A DNA stretch of 64,000 nt, from NCBI RefSeq assembly GCF_036321535.1, contig NC_087437.1, positions 95,296,001 through 95,360,000 of the forward strand, written 5' to 3'. The notes beneath the pieces were generated by a model that did not search any database, was not told the origin of the DNA, and saw only the letters and a program-made list of their open reading frames with translations. Below are positions 26,805 through 40,215 of this stretch, piece by piece (position 1 is the stretch's first letter; each line of letters opens with the position of its first letter). This stretch comes from Camelus dromedarius (Eukaryota). The position numbers were made by a program, and so were the translations under genes.

Positions 26805-29389
26805 ATGTATTCCTACTCTTAATGTTGAACTCAAGAGTCTTATTCAATATGCCTCTCTTACAGGATTTGTTGTGTTTTTTTTGTGGTATTTTTTGTTGTT
26901 GTTTATTTTGTAGTTAAAATAATAATGAAATTTGAAGGGCCAATGAGAAGAAGAGATTTGTGATTATAATAAGAAAACCCAAAAAGACAATGTGTGATTG
27001 AAGACGTTTAAAGAGTCAGTATTGCCAGCTGAGCTCTTTGTGAACAGGCTGGAAGTAAAGTGCTATCAGCCAAGAGGTTTAATGAAGTCCCACTACAGAA
27101 TTTAACAAGAGGATGATTTGTGAGAATGGCTCCCTCTCCTAACTGTTCTGATCCAGTGGCGTAAATAGGATGCCGAGCTCCACTCCTGCTGCTTTTTTTA
27201 TGCTATTTGATTTGATTGAGACCCAGCAGCATTATGGCCTATGATTCTTTTCCTTTTTTTTTTTTTTTTTTTGTAGGAAGGATAAAGTAAAGAACTTCTT
27301 GTGTTCTTATAGCCTTTCAGAAATAGCCATTTTAACCCAAATGACCGTGGAAGATGTGACATTCTCGTAGTTTTCTTTCATTTACTCATGAAGCTTTGGG
27401 GTTGCTTTCAGTTATTTCAAACAAACTGATATAAATTTTAAAAATCAATCAAAAGAAAAAGCATTCACCATACAACCTTCCTACGGAGAATTTGAAACAC
27501 TCTTTTAATGTGTTTTTTTTTATTTTTTATTTTTTGCCAAACAAGTATTTGAAGAAATAAGTAGAGCAGTCAGGTACAATAAATAATTGATACATAGATG
27601 ATCCTGTGACAAATAATGACACAGCATCACACTAATAAAAAAATAGCACATCATGGGTCTCCCATTATGTTCTGAGCTTTACTGTGATTTATGCATCTAC
27701 ATAACAGTGGGTAAGGTTTTCTCGTTGCTCAGTTAAATAGATGTCTACCTTAACGACTGTCTTTAGCAACCTACATTCTGAAATAATGACATCAGTGTAG
27801 AAATATGTAATTGAGTTTATGTGAATCTACACAATCTGACTCACTCAGCCTGAGAATGAAATTTGGAGAAGTCGTTTTTTGCCCTAGTCATTAATGGGGA
27901 GCTCATTTTAAAATATTAAATCCATTGCTAATAATCTCACATAATTTTAAGACTTGGAATTATTTTGTGATACTGTGTATCATTTCATGTAAAAGAATTA
28001 ATTCTAAGTTAAGCCACAGTGCTGTATTCGATTTTATCTAGAATTGTTAGGACATAAAGTGATTGAGAAAATCCATTGTTTAAGAGAGAAATAATCATAA
28101 TGAGAATAATTTTAGACTATTTGATATTAAAGACACCTTTTTCTTATGATGATCCCTGGATAAACTAAATATATAAAATAATTGAAAAGTGGTCTTTGAT
28201 GCATCTAAATGTATCGAATTTTATTATTTGTTTGCTATCATTTTAAATATTTGATATGTATATGCAGAATTAATAATTATTCTGAATAGTTTTCATCCTT
28301 ACAGATTCACAAATCATTTCAGCATATTCCAAACATTAGAGACACCATTAGAATACTTATACTTCACACTATGTGGCATTTGGTATCCTTTGAGCCTTAT
28401 TTTGATAATTTAAGAATATAATATGCTTCTTTCTATTTCATGTTCCTAAAAGACTCTGTGTGAATTGGAAATTAATACCTTATAATATTATAGCTAAAGT
28501 CTGCAAAACTGATTAAAATACCACGAGCACTTTAATTTGCTTTTAAACTGTTATTCACGGGGCTTGATAAATAATGTGCCTGTATAAACACACCTGTAGA
28601 AAATACTGAAATAAGTATAAGACAAAATATAGCTGAGTAGTTGCTTTATAACCAAATTATGAGGGTAGAAAAATCCATAAATGGTTGTTAAAGTTTGCTT
28701 TAGCAGTAGGATATTTATTTTGTGTGGTCGATGTTATTAGGAGAGACTTTAGAGCATTGCACAATTAAAACTGATAGAGATGGCCATTTTACAGAGGTGC
28801 TTTCAAAAAGTTAACATTGCAGATAGTGGAATAGTCATTTCAAACAGTATTCTTTATGGGTCATTAGTAAAGAGATGAGGTGTGCTCTTGTGTTTTTCCT
28901 TAGGCTTTTTATTTGTCGCAAATGTACTAAATTACTAAACATAGCTGATAATAAGTAATTTTGGCCTGATTTAGGTTTCTTGGAAATAATGTTAAATTAC
29001 ATAATTTCTGTTCTGGAGTGGTGAGATTTTGAATGGATGGATGGGGCTTATGAATCATTTACTTTGGCTCTTTTTACAGATGAGAAAACTGAGGTCAGAG
29101 ATGTCTTTCTAATGTATAGCAAACTGTGAACATATATCTTTGATACTTGATTGCATAATTTGATATTTATGGTGGTTGTCCTAAAACATTGCATCATATC
29201 ACTTTTCAGAGATGGAAAATTCATTGTTTAGATACTGTTTTTATACGAGAAAATAAAATATAGCATGAGGCATTTCTTCCCCAAAAACCTTTTTATACAT
29301 GTGAAACCTGCCCATATGTGAAGCAGAATAATTATGCATCCACGTTAATTTAATCTATTAACACATGGATTGTGCATTTAAGTAATTTC

Positions 29390-29445
29390 TTTTTTGTTGA
29401 GGTATAATTGACAAAAACTTTATATTAGTTGTACAGCAAATGATT

Positions 29446-29501
<56 letters not shown>

Positions 29502-30538
29502 CACAATGATCACTTCAATAAGTCTAATTCATATCCATCACCATATATGGGCAGAAATAGTTAGAAATTTTTTCCTTGTGATGAGAACTTTTAAGATTTA
29601 CTCTCTTAGCACTTTTCAAGGACACAGTGGAGTATTATTGAGCATATTCCCCATGCTGTACAGTACATCCTCATTACTTATAACTTGAAGTTTATAACGT
29701 CTGACCCCCCCCACCTGTTCTGCCTCCCCCCACCCCCACCTTAGGCATCCACCATCTGTTCTCTGTATCTTTGAACTTGTTTTTTTTTTAAATTCCACAT
29801 ATAAGTGAGGTCATATGGCATTTGTCTTTCTCTGTCTGACTTATTTCACTTAGCCTAATGCCCTCAGCCTAATGTTGTCTCAAATGGCAGGATTGCTTTC
29901 TTTTTTATGGCTGAATAATATTCCACTGTGTGCGCGTTTATACAGTTAGTTAGTTTACATTTCTTTATCCATTCATCCACTGATGGATATTTAGATTTTT
30001 GTCTGTATCTTGGCTATTGTAAATAATGTTGCAACAAACGTGGACATGTGTATATATTTTTGAATTGGTGTTTTTGTTCTCTTTGGATGAATACCCAGGA
30101 GTTGCTGGATCATGTTGTAGTTCTATTTTTAATTTTTTTAAGGAATTTCCACATTGTTTTCCATAGTGGCTACAGCAATTTACATTCCCACCAAGAGTAT
30201 ACAAGGATTCCCTTTTCTTCATATCTTTGCCAACACTTCTTATTTCTTGTCCTTGTGTTAGTAGCCATTCTAACAGGTGGGAGGTGATATCTCACTGTGG
30301 TTTTGATTTGCATTTCCCTGATGGCTAGTGATGTTGAGCCTTCTGTGTGTCTTCTTTGGAAAACTGTCTATTCATATCCTCTGCCCATTTTTAAAATCAG
30401 ATTGTTTGTTTTTTTTGCTGTTGAGATGTATGAGTTCTTTATATATTTTGGATATTAACCCCTTATCAGAAATATAACTTGCAAGTGTTTTCCCCCATTC
30501 GGTAGGTTGCCTTTTCATTTTGTTGATGATTTCCTTTG
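29390..30538 (-). mobile_element. L1 (L1MA-like) 3' UTR plus ORF2 C-terminal remnant, containing a (TA)n microsatellite
   Basis: ORF 29965-30222 (KKRESLYTLGGNVN...KKLKIELQHDPA) is decayed L1 ORF2; typical L1 3' UTR motifs. Confidence 0.9.
29448..29498. repeat. (TA)n microsatellite, about 25 units
   Basis: Perfect alternating TA run. Confidence 0.95.
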
Positions 30539-30855
30539 TAAATAATTTTATTGAAAATTATTTTGTTTAATTCATAAAGCCAAAAGATTTTAGAACCAAA
30601 TTTATGTTAAAATAAGTTTTAATACTTGTTTAAATTTTTAAAAAACAATTCATGCAATGTAGTAAGAAGAGCAAGGATTTTAAGAGCTAAATAGACCTGA
30701 GTTCCAATCCTCCATGTCTTATCAGATGTGTGACCTTTTAAGAAAATTACTTGGTCTTCATTTCCTCCCTTTGCAAAATTAGCATATTGAACTCTTTTCT
30801 GCAGAGGGTTTCTAGTGTGTGATCTGACACAGAGGTAGCTAACATTGATGGCTCT

Positions 30856-31005
30856 TTTTAAAAATTTTTTAATTTATTTTATTTTGGGGGAGTCATTAGG
30901 TTTGTTTGTTTGTTTGTTTATTTTAGGGGAGGTACTGAGGTTTGAACCCAGGACCTCATGCATGCTAGGCATGCGGTCTACCACTTGAGCTATACCCACC
31001 TCCCC
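30856..31005 (-). mobile_element. tRNA-derived SINE (camelid Vic-1-like)
   Basis: Minus strand ggggaggtgggtatagctcaagtggtagaccgcatgcctagcatgcatgaggtcctgggttcaaacctcagtacctcc plus A-rich tail; pol III A and B boxes. Confidence 0.8.
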
Positions 31006-31199
31006 ACCTCTGGATATCTCTTTATTAAACTGAAACATAGAAAGGTTGTGTGATTTATGCAGGATAGATCTGATTAATTTTGGAGAGAATCTTGATCCAA
31101 AGTTGTTTAACTGTCAGTTGAGTAACTGTCATTATGCCATCATGTATCTTAACTCTAGACCCTCCCCATGAATTATGCCATTTGAAAATAAGCATTCCA

Positions 31200-32225
31200 G
31201 GTTTTCAACTAAACAAATTCTTGAGCACTTTCTACATATAAAACAATGTGCTGGATGCCATGAAAGACGCACAGATAAGAAGACATGGAGATGACTTCAT
31301 GGAGCTTATTGAGAAAGAAACTCTCAAATGTCTACAGTATCAGCAGAATATAAAAGTGGATTTGTAAAGATATAAGTATGCCAGGGAGGGAGAAAGTGCT
31401 TTCACCTGGGAAATGGGGACATTATTATCATTCGTTCATTCTTCCATCAGTTATTTACGATGTGAGTAATGTCCTCGACTCAGTAAGTTCTAGAGAAGTG
31501 ATGGCAAACAGAATGGTTAAATACTTGCTCTCATGGAGCTTATGAGCTAGTTTGAGAAACAAGTATTTGTAGAATAATCACACAAATGTATAATTTTAAA
31601 CTGTGATGAGTGCTCTAGGAGAAACGTTCAGGTTGGTATGAAAACATAAGCATTCTGATAAGATTTAGTATCAGATTTAAAGGTAGCTTTCTGAAGATAC
31701 ATTCTTTCTGAGCTGAGAGCTAAGGTGAGTAGGACTTAAAAGGGAGAAGATCCCAGGGTACAGCATAAACAGACCAGAAGTAAGACAGAGCAAGGTTCAC
31801 TTACGGACGAAAATAAGACCTATGGGGCTAAGTTAGGGAGATGGAGGAGGGGAGGGGATATGAGAAGGCACTGAAGACTTACACAGCGAGGCCATGTTAA
31901 GGATTTTGCTCTCTATTTTAAGAGCAATGGGACCATATTGAAAGGTTTTAAGCAAAATTAGCATAATCAGGTGAGTTTAGTTTTTAATCATTCTGGCTAC
32001 ATTGTGAGATTGAATTGGAAGAAAAGCAAGATAGTAGTTCAGGTGAGCGTTGTTGGCTAGCTTGTCCAGCGTGGTAGCAATAGATGTAGAAAGAGGTGGA
32101 TGGAATGGACAAAGGGCTATGAAGTGAACGCTACGGAATTTGGTAATGGATTGTGTATCTTGAGGAGAGAGGACAGATCTCGGTTTCTGACTTTCTAAAC
32201 TGATTTAGGGAATGTTACCACCAAA
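31200..32225 (-). mobile_element. LINE L2 fragments (probably two)
   Basis: Reverse L2 tails near 31205 and 31430; ttttaagcaaaa...ttctggctacattgtgaga...ggaatttggtaatggattg. Confidence 0.6.
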
Positions 32226-32512
32226 ATCAGGATCCTGAGAGCTTCTGTCAGGTGGCACACGCATTGTCATAGATTGCTGGGTGGTTGCATTTCAGTGTCA
32301 GACTCTAGCAGGCAGATATCTAAGTTGCGCCATTTAATAACTGTTTTGGGGACAGTGGAGACGTTGTTAGAGGCCAAAGGAAAAGAGGAGGGATAGTAAC
32401 TTTTTCTAAGTACCTGTGATATGTCAGGCATAGTGCAAGATCTTTTGAGCGTTTTTGAGGGAAAATAATTATTTGTTACTATTCTGTTGAACCTCAGACT
32501 GAATAATAGATA

Positions 32513-32665
32513 GCAAGGTTTCACAGTCCTGGCACTGTTGACATTTTGGGTCGGATCATTCTGTGTTGTGGGAACTGTCTTGTGCATTGTCGGATGGTTA
32601 CCAGCGTGCCTGACCTGTGCCCACTAGGTGCTGGAAGCACCCCCACTTCGGCTGTGACAACCAGA
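32513..32665. mobile_element. MER20 (hAT-Charlie) DNA transposon
   Basis: ggcactgttgacattttgggtcggatcattctgtgttgtggg...tgtgcattgtcggatgg...gtgacaaccag. Confidence 0.8.
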
Positions 32666-34505
32666 ATAAAGTGAGGTAATCGAGTGGAAGGGAAAAGTTC
32701 ACAGCATTTTATGTATCCATTAAATACATTCTAAAAATACCCCTCTTAATCACTCTATTTTTATGTCTGAAAAGTTGAAAGACATAATGACAGGCTTTTA
32801 TGTTAGACTCAATCTTTTCCCTAAAAAGAAATCATACCTAGTATTAAAATATCCTGAGGTTTTTTAATTGTTAGAGATATTATCATTCATGAGTATCTAT
32901 GCATATAATTTCTCCAGTATAACAGACACTGGGTTTTGTCAGTTCAAATGTAGATAGCTTAACTGCTTGAAAATCTAAGTGCTCCTCTGTTTTGATAAAA
33001 AATGTGTTTCTTCTCAAAAAAAAATCTTGTAACTCACTACTTTACTCCATTCATATTTTTCTGGAATGTGGTATTTACAGTTCTAGTCTGTCAGATTTGT
33101 TAATTGAGCCCTGATGTTCAAAAAACACTATATATGAGAATGAAAAAAAATCGCATCAATTTAAGGATTCACTAGAATTTAGTTACTAATGATGAAAATG
33201 AGTATCTGTGAATTAGCAGAAGAATCCCATAGACAAGGTGATTTTGTTTGCAGCCCATTCAAGAAAGCTGCTCTTCTCTGATATTTGCTAGTAGGATCGG
33301 TCCTACTGTTGATAAATTTGCTTACCTATGAAGTGTCCTATGGAGTCATTCTAGGAGTTTAAAATACTTAAATTATTTTAGACCCAGATACTGTGGCAGT
33401 CTTCTGTCATTACATTAAAAATAATTGTTTGGTCCATTGTGAACAGTGAAGAATCTCAGTACTTTAATTTGTAAGGATAAACTCAAATATGTTTGCCATT
33501 ATGCTTCAAAAATTGAGATCTCGGTGTGAAAATACCAAAATTATAATTTTACTGTTGTGCTGATCATATAAATAGTTTGCTTTCTTGGAATTTTCTGATA
33601 TCGCCTGGATTTATCATATGAGCTCTGTAGATAAAGTACTTCATCAACTTAAGGTAATAGTAACTGAAAAGAATATTTTCCAGGACATTTTCTAGTAAAG
33701 TGTCCATTTGTAGATCCATAATCTGAAGGAAAAATTTTGGAAGCAGAGGGATGTATCTGTTGTCCCGCTTTGCCTCTGAATTTCTACACTCTTAAAATCA
33801 CAGCGTAGAAAGCACTTTGAGCTAACTACTCTATTTCTTTAGCAGACAGGGTTATAGAGCTAAACTGTTGTGGCCAAATGGAAATAAATTCCATTTTTAA
33901 AGACCTCTAGAGACATCACAGTCGGCAACCAGCTCATGGTTCAGTGACCTTTACTGTTAACTGCTTCTTGTCTGTACGTTTCCTGAGCAGCTCGTGCTAT
34001 CATGCAGGCCCATTATCTTCTCCTCTTCTGGCCTAAGTAGTCAATCAAGGTTGCTGGTCCCCGTGGTTATTAGACATAATCTTAAGTATCTGCCCGGCTA
34101 ACTTATTTTCTCAGACCAGAAAAAAGCCTCTTCCTCCAGCTTCTGTATAATTTTTTTCAAACATTTATCACCTTTCTGATTCATGTCTCCTGGATGTGAC
34201 AAGCAGGGAGAAGAAACGAGCCTTTTCTTTCTCCCTCCATCCCTCCCTCCCTTCCTTCTTTGGTTCCTTCCTTTCATTTTTGTTTCTTTTCTCTCTTAGC
34301 TTCTCTTATTTATACCTAAAGATTATTGTCTACACAGTGTACATTCTTAGAATACGGAAGATTTCAAAGTGATTAAATAACTGGAGCCCTTTGATGGCAC
34401 ATGCAAAAGAGGAAGAAAGTCTCTTATTCTGAGTGTGTGACATGTGTATGTGTGTGTGTGTTTGTGAGACAGAGAGAGAACAAGAGGCTGAATTCTCCCA
34501 AACTT

Positions 34506-34636
34506 AAAAAAAAAAATGTTTTTTTGGTGGGGGAGGTAATTAGGTTAATTTATTTATTTAATGGAGGTACTGGAGATGAACCCAGGACCTTGTGCACGCT
34601 AAGCACATACTCTACCACTGAGCTATGCCGTCTTTC
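34506..34636 (-). mobile_element. tRNA-derived SINE (Vic-1-like) with TSD
   Basis: Reverse A/B boxes; TSD cccaaactt at 34497-34505 and 34637-34645; minus-strand TT/AAAA endonuclease site. Confidence 0.8.
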
Positions 34637-35169
34637 CCCAAACTTTTTAAACAGTTCTTTTTCTAAAACTGTTAGTCAAGTATATAATATTTGTGTATCT
34701 CCAAATGTTTTTTTAAAAAGCTATCGTTTTTCTCCTTCAGTCTCAAAATGGAGCCAGAGTCTTTATAATTTTATAATTTATATGTATATAAATTATATAT
34801 ATATGTATACACACACATATATATTTTAGACTTTGCTTAACTCTCCTTCTTTCCCTACTCAATCCCAAGAACATATGATCTAGTTGAAAATAGTATGCTT
34901 TCTATACAAACTCAGCCTTGTAGCAAATTCTTTAATCACTTACCCTTTCTAAACTCCCTCCAATATAAAGAAATTTAAAGCTGTTACTGTAGATGGATTG
35001 TAACTGACACAATGTTGCAATGTTAAAAAGACACAATAGTAAGGTTTTTCTCTTAAAAATATGTAATTATTTTTAAGTTATTTTACCTTCCTATTTGACA
35101 TATTTACCTTAAAATGTATATGTGACAAAATATTGTGACAAAATATCAAATATTAAAATAAAATATCAA

Positions 35170-35635
35170 AATAAAAACCGACAACATAATGCCATTTGCA
35201 GCAACATGGATGCTCCTGGAGAATGTGGAGAATGTCATTCTAAGTGAAGTAAGCCAGAAAGAGAAAGAAAAATACCGTATGAGATCGCTCATATGTGGAA
35301 TCTAAAAAACAAAAACAAAAACAAAAAAAAAACAAAGCATAAATACAAAACAGAAACAGACTCATAAACATAGAATACAAACTTGTGGTTGCCAAGGGGG
35401 TGGAGGGTGGGAAGGGATAGACGGGATTTCAAAATTGTAGAGTAGATAAACAAGATTATACTGTATAGCATAGGGAAATATACACAAGATCTTATGGTAG
35501 CTCACAGCAAAAAAAAGTGACAATGAATATATATGTATGTTCATGTATAACTGAAAAATTATGCTCTACACTAGAATTTGACACAACATTGTAAAATGGT
35601 TATAAATCAATAAAAAATGTTAAAAAAAAAAAAAA
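35170..35635 (+). mobile_element. Young L1 3' end in sense orientation with poly(A) tail (camelid L1-like)
   Basis: gccatttgcagcaacatggatg...ctaagtgaagtaagccagaaagag...aataaa (35609-35614) and A14 tail (35622-35635). Confidence 0.9.
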
Positions 35636-36584
35636 GGAGAGTACTATTTTATTCAATTTATAATGATTTCAAGACAGGACATGATTAAAACTGTCTACCC
35701 TTATGAAATGATCGTGTTGCTTATTTTTCCAAAGAGGTGAACGTTTCAAGAGGCTTTAAGTCTGTTTTCCTCTCACCTGTTAGTTTCCCATTTCTTTTGA
35801 AAACTGTAGCTAAATATTCTCAAAAGAATTCTAGTATGAGGAATTCTTTAAAACCATTTTTATGTGAAGGTAGGAATGATTTTAGGTGAAACAATTTGTG
35901 ACAGTTTAAATGTAAAATCAAATAGATTCTGTTTCCTATTGCATATAGTTCTCCCCAAACTGATGAACTAGTAGGAACTTTTGTACAGACTTGGATTTAG
36001 TCAAAGACCTGGAAGGCAGTCTTTGGTTAGTCATCTGTGACCTTGAGAAAGTTACTTAACAATGTAGATTCTCCATTTTCTCATGCAAACAGGACTGGGT
36101 TAGACTGGTAAGTTTTAAGATCACTTCCAGAGCTAACATTTTATTGTTTTATTGTTTTACTAGGGAGAGAGACAGACAGGCTTTTCCTCTTTCTTGGGGA
36201 GAAAAGTGAGTTGGGATAGAGGTGCTCCCAGCCTTTACAGCAGTAAAAACGGTTGATAAGAGTTACGTGGAAGGTGTGAGAGAAGCTGCCCGTAAACCAT
36301 GCACTTTAGAGGATAATGAATGAACAGGGTCCAAGTGACTCCACTCTTCTCTGATTCTTTGTGGACTTATCCAGCCGGACAGTCATGGGCACTGCCTGAT
36401 GTGTAGAAGGTCTCTGCTTTCTGAATGGGAAAAAATCCTTTGACCTGAGCCTGAGAGAAATATCGAGAAAGGGGAAAATCTGAGAAAAACTTAAAAGAAA
36501 TTTCTATCATTGATTCTCTAGAAGAGAAAGCTTGGGATGATAGTTTTATTCAAATAAGTAAGATGATTTTATGTGGAGGATATA

Positions 36585-36700
36585 AATGGCATTTATTTGT
36601 TCACTGAAACTAGAACAAATGAATTTGTGACAGGCAGGTTTTCATTTAGATAAGAAGAATCATTTCCTGATAATCATGGTTGTTAAAAGCTTAAATGATC
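36585..36700 (+). mobile_element. CR1/L3 3' fragment
   Basis: ggcaggttttcatttagataagaagaatcatttcctgataatc resembles the L3 3' region. Confidence 0.45.
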
Positions 36701-37999
36701 GTTCAAGATAGGGTCCTCTCAAAATCCTCTGATGTTTTAGGAGTCTCTGTGCTAGATGTTGTCTTAGATAACTTTTAGGGTCCTTAATAGACAAGGAAAT
36801 ATTTTACAGTTATCATTTGTCATTGATGTGATATACAAATGTATTAGCCTCATGTTCTTAAACACACTGTATTTTAATTAATAAAAGACTCAACTCCTAT
36901 GGCTCAATTGCTAGTAAAACCTATAGGCAAGGAAAGAGTGCTTTTTAAAATTTTGTATGAGCAGGTTTCCAGCGATTTTTTTGATTTCTAACAAGTGAAA
37001 TATTTTTTGAAAATGTTAAAGGATTTGTAAGTGACTGAAAAAGATATGACTAGAAACTAGTTGGGAATCATTCCTCTGATCCCTTGACTTAGAGTGAGGC
37101 TTGATTTGAACGGCATCAGTCTAATGAGATCAAATTTATTTTCACAAATTACCCAAAAGCTAATGTTATGACTTTTTGTTTTCTTAAGCTGAAATTCTGT
37201 TGGTACAGTACAGTTGGTGCAGTTTGTCAGGCTCTCTCTCCTGTAGCTTCTGACCGTTTCTTCCTGTCACTTAAAAGACATCATCTTTAAGGTTCTGAGT
37301 AATGTGATCAAGTCAGATCCTCTCTGTTTGTGTTTTCAAATCTATAGAGAAGCTATTGATGCTATGATAAACATTATGCCCGAGTAAATGAGAGTGATAT
37401 GTACTCTTAAACTTTTCTTGCCTGCATAACTGAAAAACTGTGCTTAAGAATTTTTACTATGGAGTGAAAAATAAAGACAATTGATTTCACTCAATGCTGA
37501 AAGGAAGGTGTGAGTGACAATGTGTTTCTCAATTGCATTAAATTCCGCATATATGGTAGCAATAAACAAGAGAACTCTTAAAACCACCATTTCACAGCAG
37601 CAGTGCTTGGCATAGTTCATTTATTTAAAGTACAGGAATGTATATCAAGTCTAATTAATTGTGACTTGCTGAAGGACATAGGCATTATTTATTTGAGTAA
37701 AATGTATTGTGGGTGTCTACTGGGCTATTACGAAAATGCTCTGCATTTGACAGTAATTACCTTTGTTTCTAAAAGAGCAAAGCAAAACAATCACCTTCCA
37801 GTATTTTAAATATGTATTACTTGAGCTTTCTGTGCTAAAATGCCCAATGTTTCAGTACTGAAAGCGAGTAATGTGATTATGACTTTATTAGATGGGGTTA
37901 TAAAGTTTTATCTGTTTCCATAACATGCTTACATCTTTTCCTGTGGGTCTTCTCAATTAAAAATATGCAAGAATTTAAATGTAACACCTTTTATTAACC

Positions 38000-38153
38000 G
38001 TGCTACTCAACCTATGGTCATGAGCCAGCAGCACCTGGGTGCTTGTTAGAAATGCAAAACCCCTGGTCACACTCCTGACGTGTATAATCATAAGCTGTAT
38101 TTTAACCAGATCTTAGGATGATTCCTATTCTTATTCAAGTATGAGAAGCATTG
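38000..38153. mobile_element. MER5A-type DNA transposon
   Basis: gtgctactcaa...gcagcacctgggtgcttgttagaaatgcaaa...aagtatgagaagcattg. Confidence 0.7.
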
Positions 38154-38651
38154 GTTTAATAGAATATCATTGGCAGCATGAACCTTTTAAAAATTAATCT
38201 GATGGTGGAGTTGCAGGATTTAACATTTCTTTATCTTTGGTTAAGATGCTTGACTTCTGTTCTATATAGCATTAGCAGTTAAGATTTATAGTGTTTTGTA
38301 AAATGAATTACATATATAGGTATCTAACTGTCATGTGGTAGCAATAACGTAAAGTCATTGAAAAGTGTTTTATAATTTTATAGCTATCATTTATTGTAGC
38401 ACTGCCATTTAATCAAAGTAGAAATTTTAAGGTTCATTTCTCATTTTCTTAAATTATTTATAATGATACTGGAAATGCTAACAAATATTCATTCATGGAC
38501 ATGGTGAGCCATGTATCCAAATATTAATGTGTACTTCACTTTATCTTAAAAGAAAGATCATTGTTAAGTCAAGTCTTATTATTTTTTCTGTTTCATTTTC
38601 TGTTTCTTTATTTTTATTTATTCCATGTTTTCTTTTTTTGTTTTGTTTTAG

Positions 38652-38660
38652 TTGGGTCTG
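38652..38660 (+). CDS. ROBO1: ROBO1 alternative 9-nt microexon e6b (TTGGGTCTG; adds V-G-S between Ig3 and Ig4)
   Basis: About 75 nt U-rich AG-free tract ending ttttag, then TTGGGTCTG|gtaagt; phase 1 to 1 gives Q-V-G-S-E, the known ROBO1 VGS isoform. Confidence 0.93.
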
Positions 38661-38680
38661 GTAAGTTGACATTTTATTGG

Positions 38681-38792
38681 CCATCTTCTAATCATCGTGT
38701 CACTGTGACTGGAACTTCTCTTCCCCTTTCCATCCATACCCTTCCATGTCCTTCAACCAGTCAGCCTCCATATTTCACTTGTCATTGGCCAC
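38681..38792 (+). promoter_or_regulatory. YCAY cluster (NOVA-type intronic splicing element) downstream of microexon e6b
   Basis: Ten YCAY tetramers starting at 38681, 38692, 38700, 38730, 38734, 38744, 38768, 38775, 38782 and 38789; more YCAY upstream at about 38430-38625. Confidence 0.8.
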
Positions 38793-39439
38793 AAAGACAG
38801 ACTGCACAGAATAAAGTCTGCAGGAAGTATGGGTAACTGTGACAAAGAGTAAAGGTAATGGGGTTGCTAACTGTATGTCTTATTAAATAATATGTGATCT
38901 GCATCCTTTTATTGTTTTCTCTTTTCAAAAAAATGCTAAGACTATATCTTGATTAAGTATTATTTCAGTTTATATCTCAGAAGATAAATGAACAAAAACA
39001 GGTACCCAGAGAAGAGTTTGGGTTTGGGAGGGTCCAAAATATGCTTATGAATTCATGTCTGTCTATCTGAGTTTTTGTAACTATTGTTCAATAATGGACA
39101 TTAAAAGTCCTCTTGGTGAATAACCTTGCCCTTAGGGCTGTTTGCACTCATTTTCATTTCTTTGTGTCAGATTCATTTCATTATATGTACGAAATAACCA
39201 CATGATGTGTCTAAAATGTATCAAAGTTTGCTTTGATAAACAATTGTCCTCATATGAATAAAGGTTTCTAAGTATTTTCATGATCAATACTTTAGGGAAT
39301 CCATTCACACACATTAAAGTTGCCGGAGCACCACTTTTGGAGAATTTTGCATGGTGTTCCAGGAAACAGTTTGGGCCCTAAAAGAATTTCTCTATTTTTT
39401 TAAGTTAAAAAGCTACACAAATATTGTAAAGATGTCGCT

Positions 39440-40215
39440 TCATACTAACACAGATAAGAGGATGGATTATTCAGTAATGGTGATGCAATAATGAGCTAGT
39501 TGAAAAAAATAGCTTTCCATGTTTGCAAAAATATAGATGGATTAAAAGTTAATAAAAACAAAAGTACAGGATGAAAATGGAGAGGATATTTATATAATAT
39601 AATTTCTTATGTATTATATAACCTATATTGATAGATTAACAAAAATCCCTAACTAAATTAGAAAGACTTTCAACAAAATGGAAGAATATATCTACATTTA
39701 TGAGAAATAGATAAAATTTTAGTCTTTCATTAGTTCTTAGAGAAGTCCAAAAGTTAAGCACAGGAACACAATATCCACAACAAATAGGATATCAGTGACT
39801 AGGTAATAGGAAGATAAATGTTTAACTTCACTAATATAAACATGCCAATTAAGAAAAGATTCTAGTCTAAGTTTGACAAGGATGTAAATGTTTAGTGTTT
39901 GTGAGGTTTGGGAGGAAAAATGCCTTAAAAGGGAGAGTTTCAGTTGAAATACACTTGAATATAATTGAGAAAGATGCTAATCTCACCACTGTTTTTAGCA
40001 ATAGGAATTGGAAACAATTTAAAGACAATAGATTGGTTAAATAATGAAGGTAATTTGTATTTAGACTATTAAACGGTCAGCAGTCATTAAAGGGATGTTG
40101 CAGGAGAATATTTTGAAACAATATGGTCTAGTTTTCATGGCTGAATTATAGGTAGCTTTTCTTTTTTTCTTAGCTTGTCTAATTTCCCAAATTTTCAACA
40201 ATGAACATATGCGAC
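39440..40215 (+). mobile_element. Ancient L1 (L1ME-like) fragments
   Basis: A-rich degenerate L1 3' region ending aaattttcaacaatgaacatatg. Confidence 0.45.

Noticed and set aside
29965..30287. ORFs resembling protein
   Set aside because: Frameshifted L1 ORF2 remnant and its antisense reading
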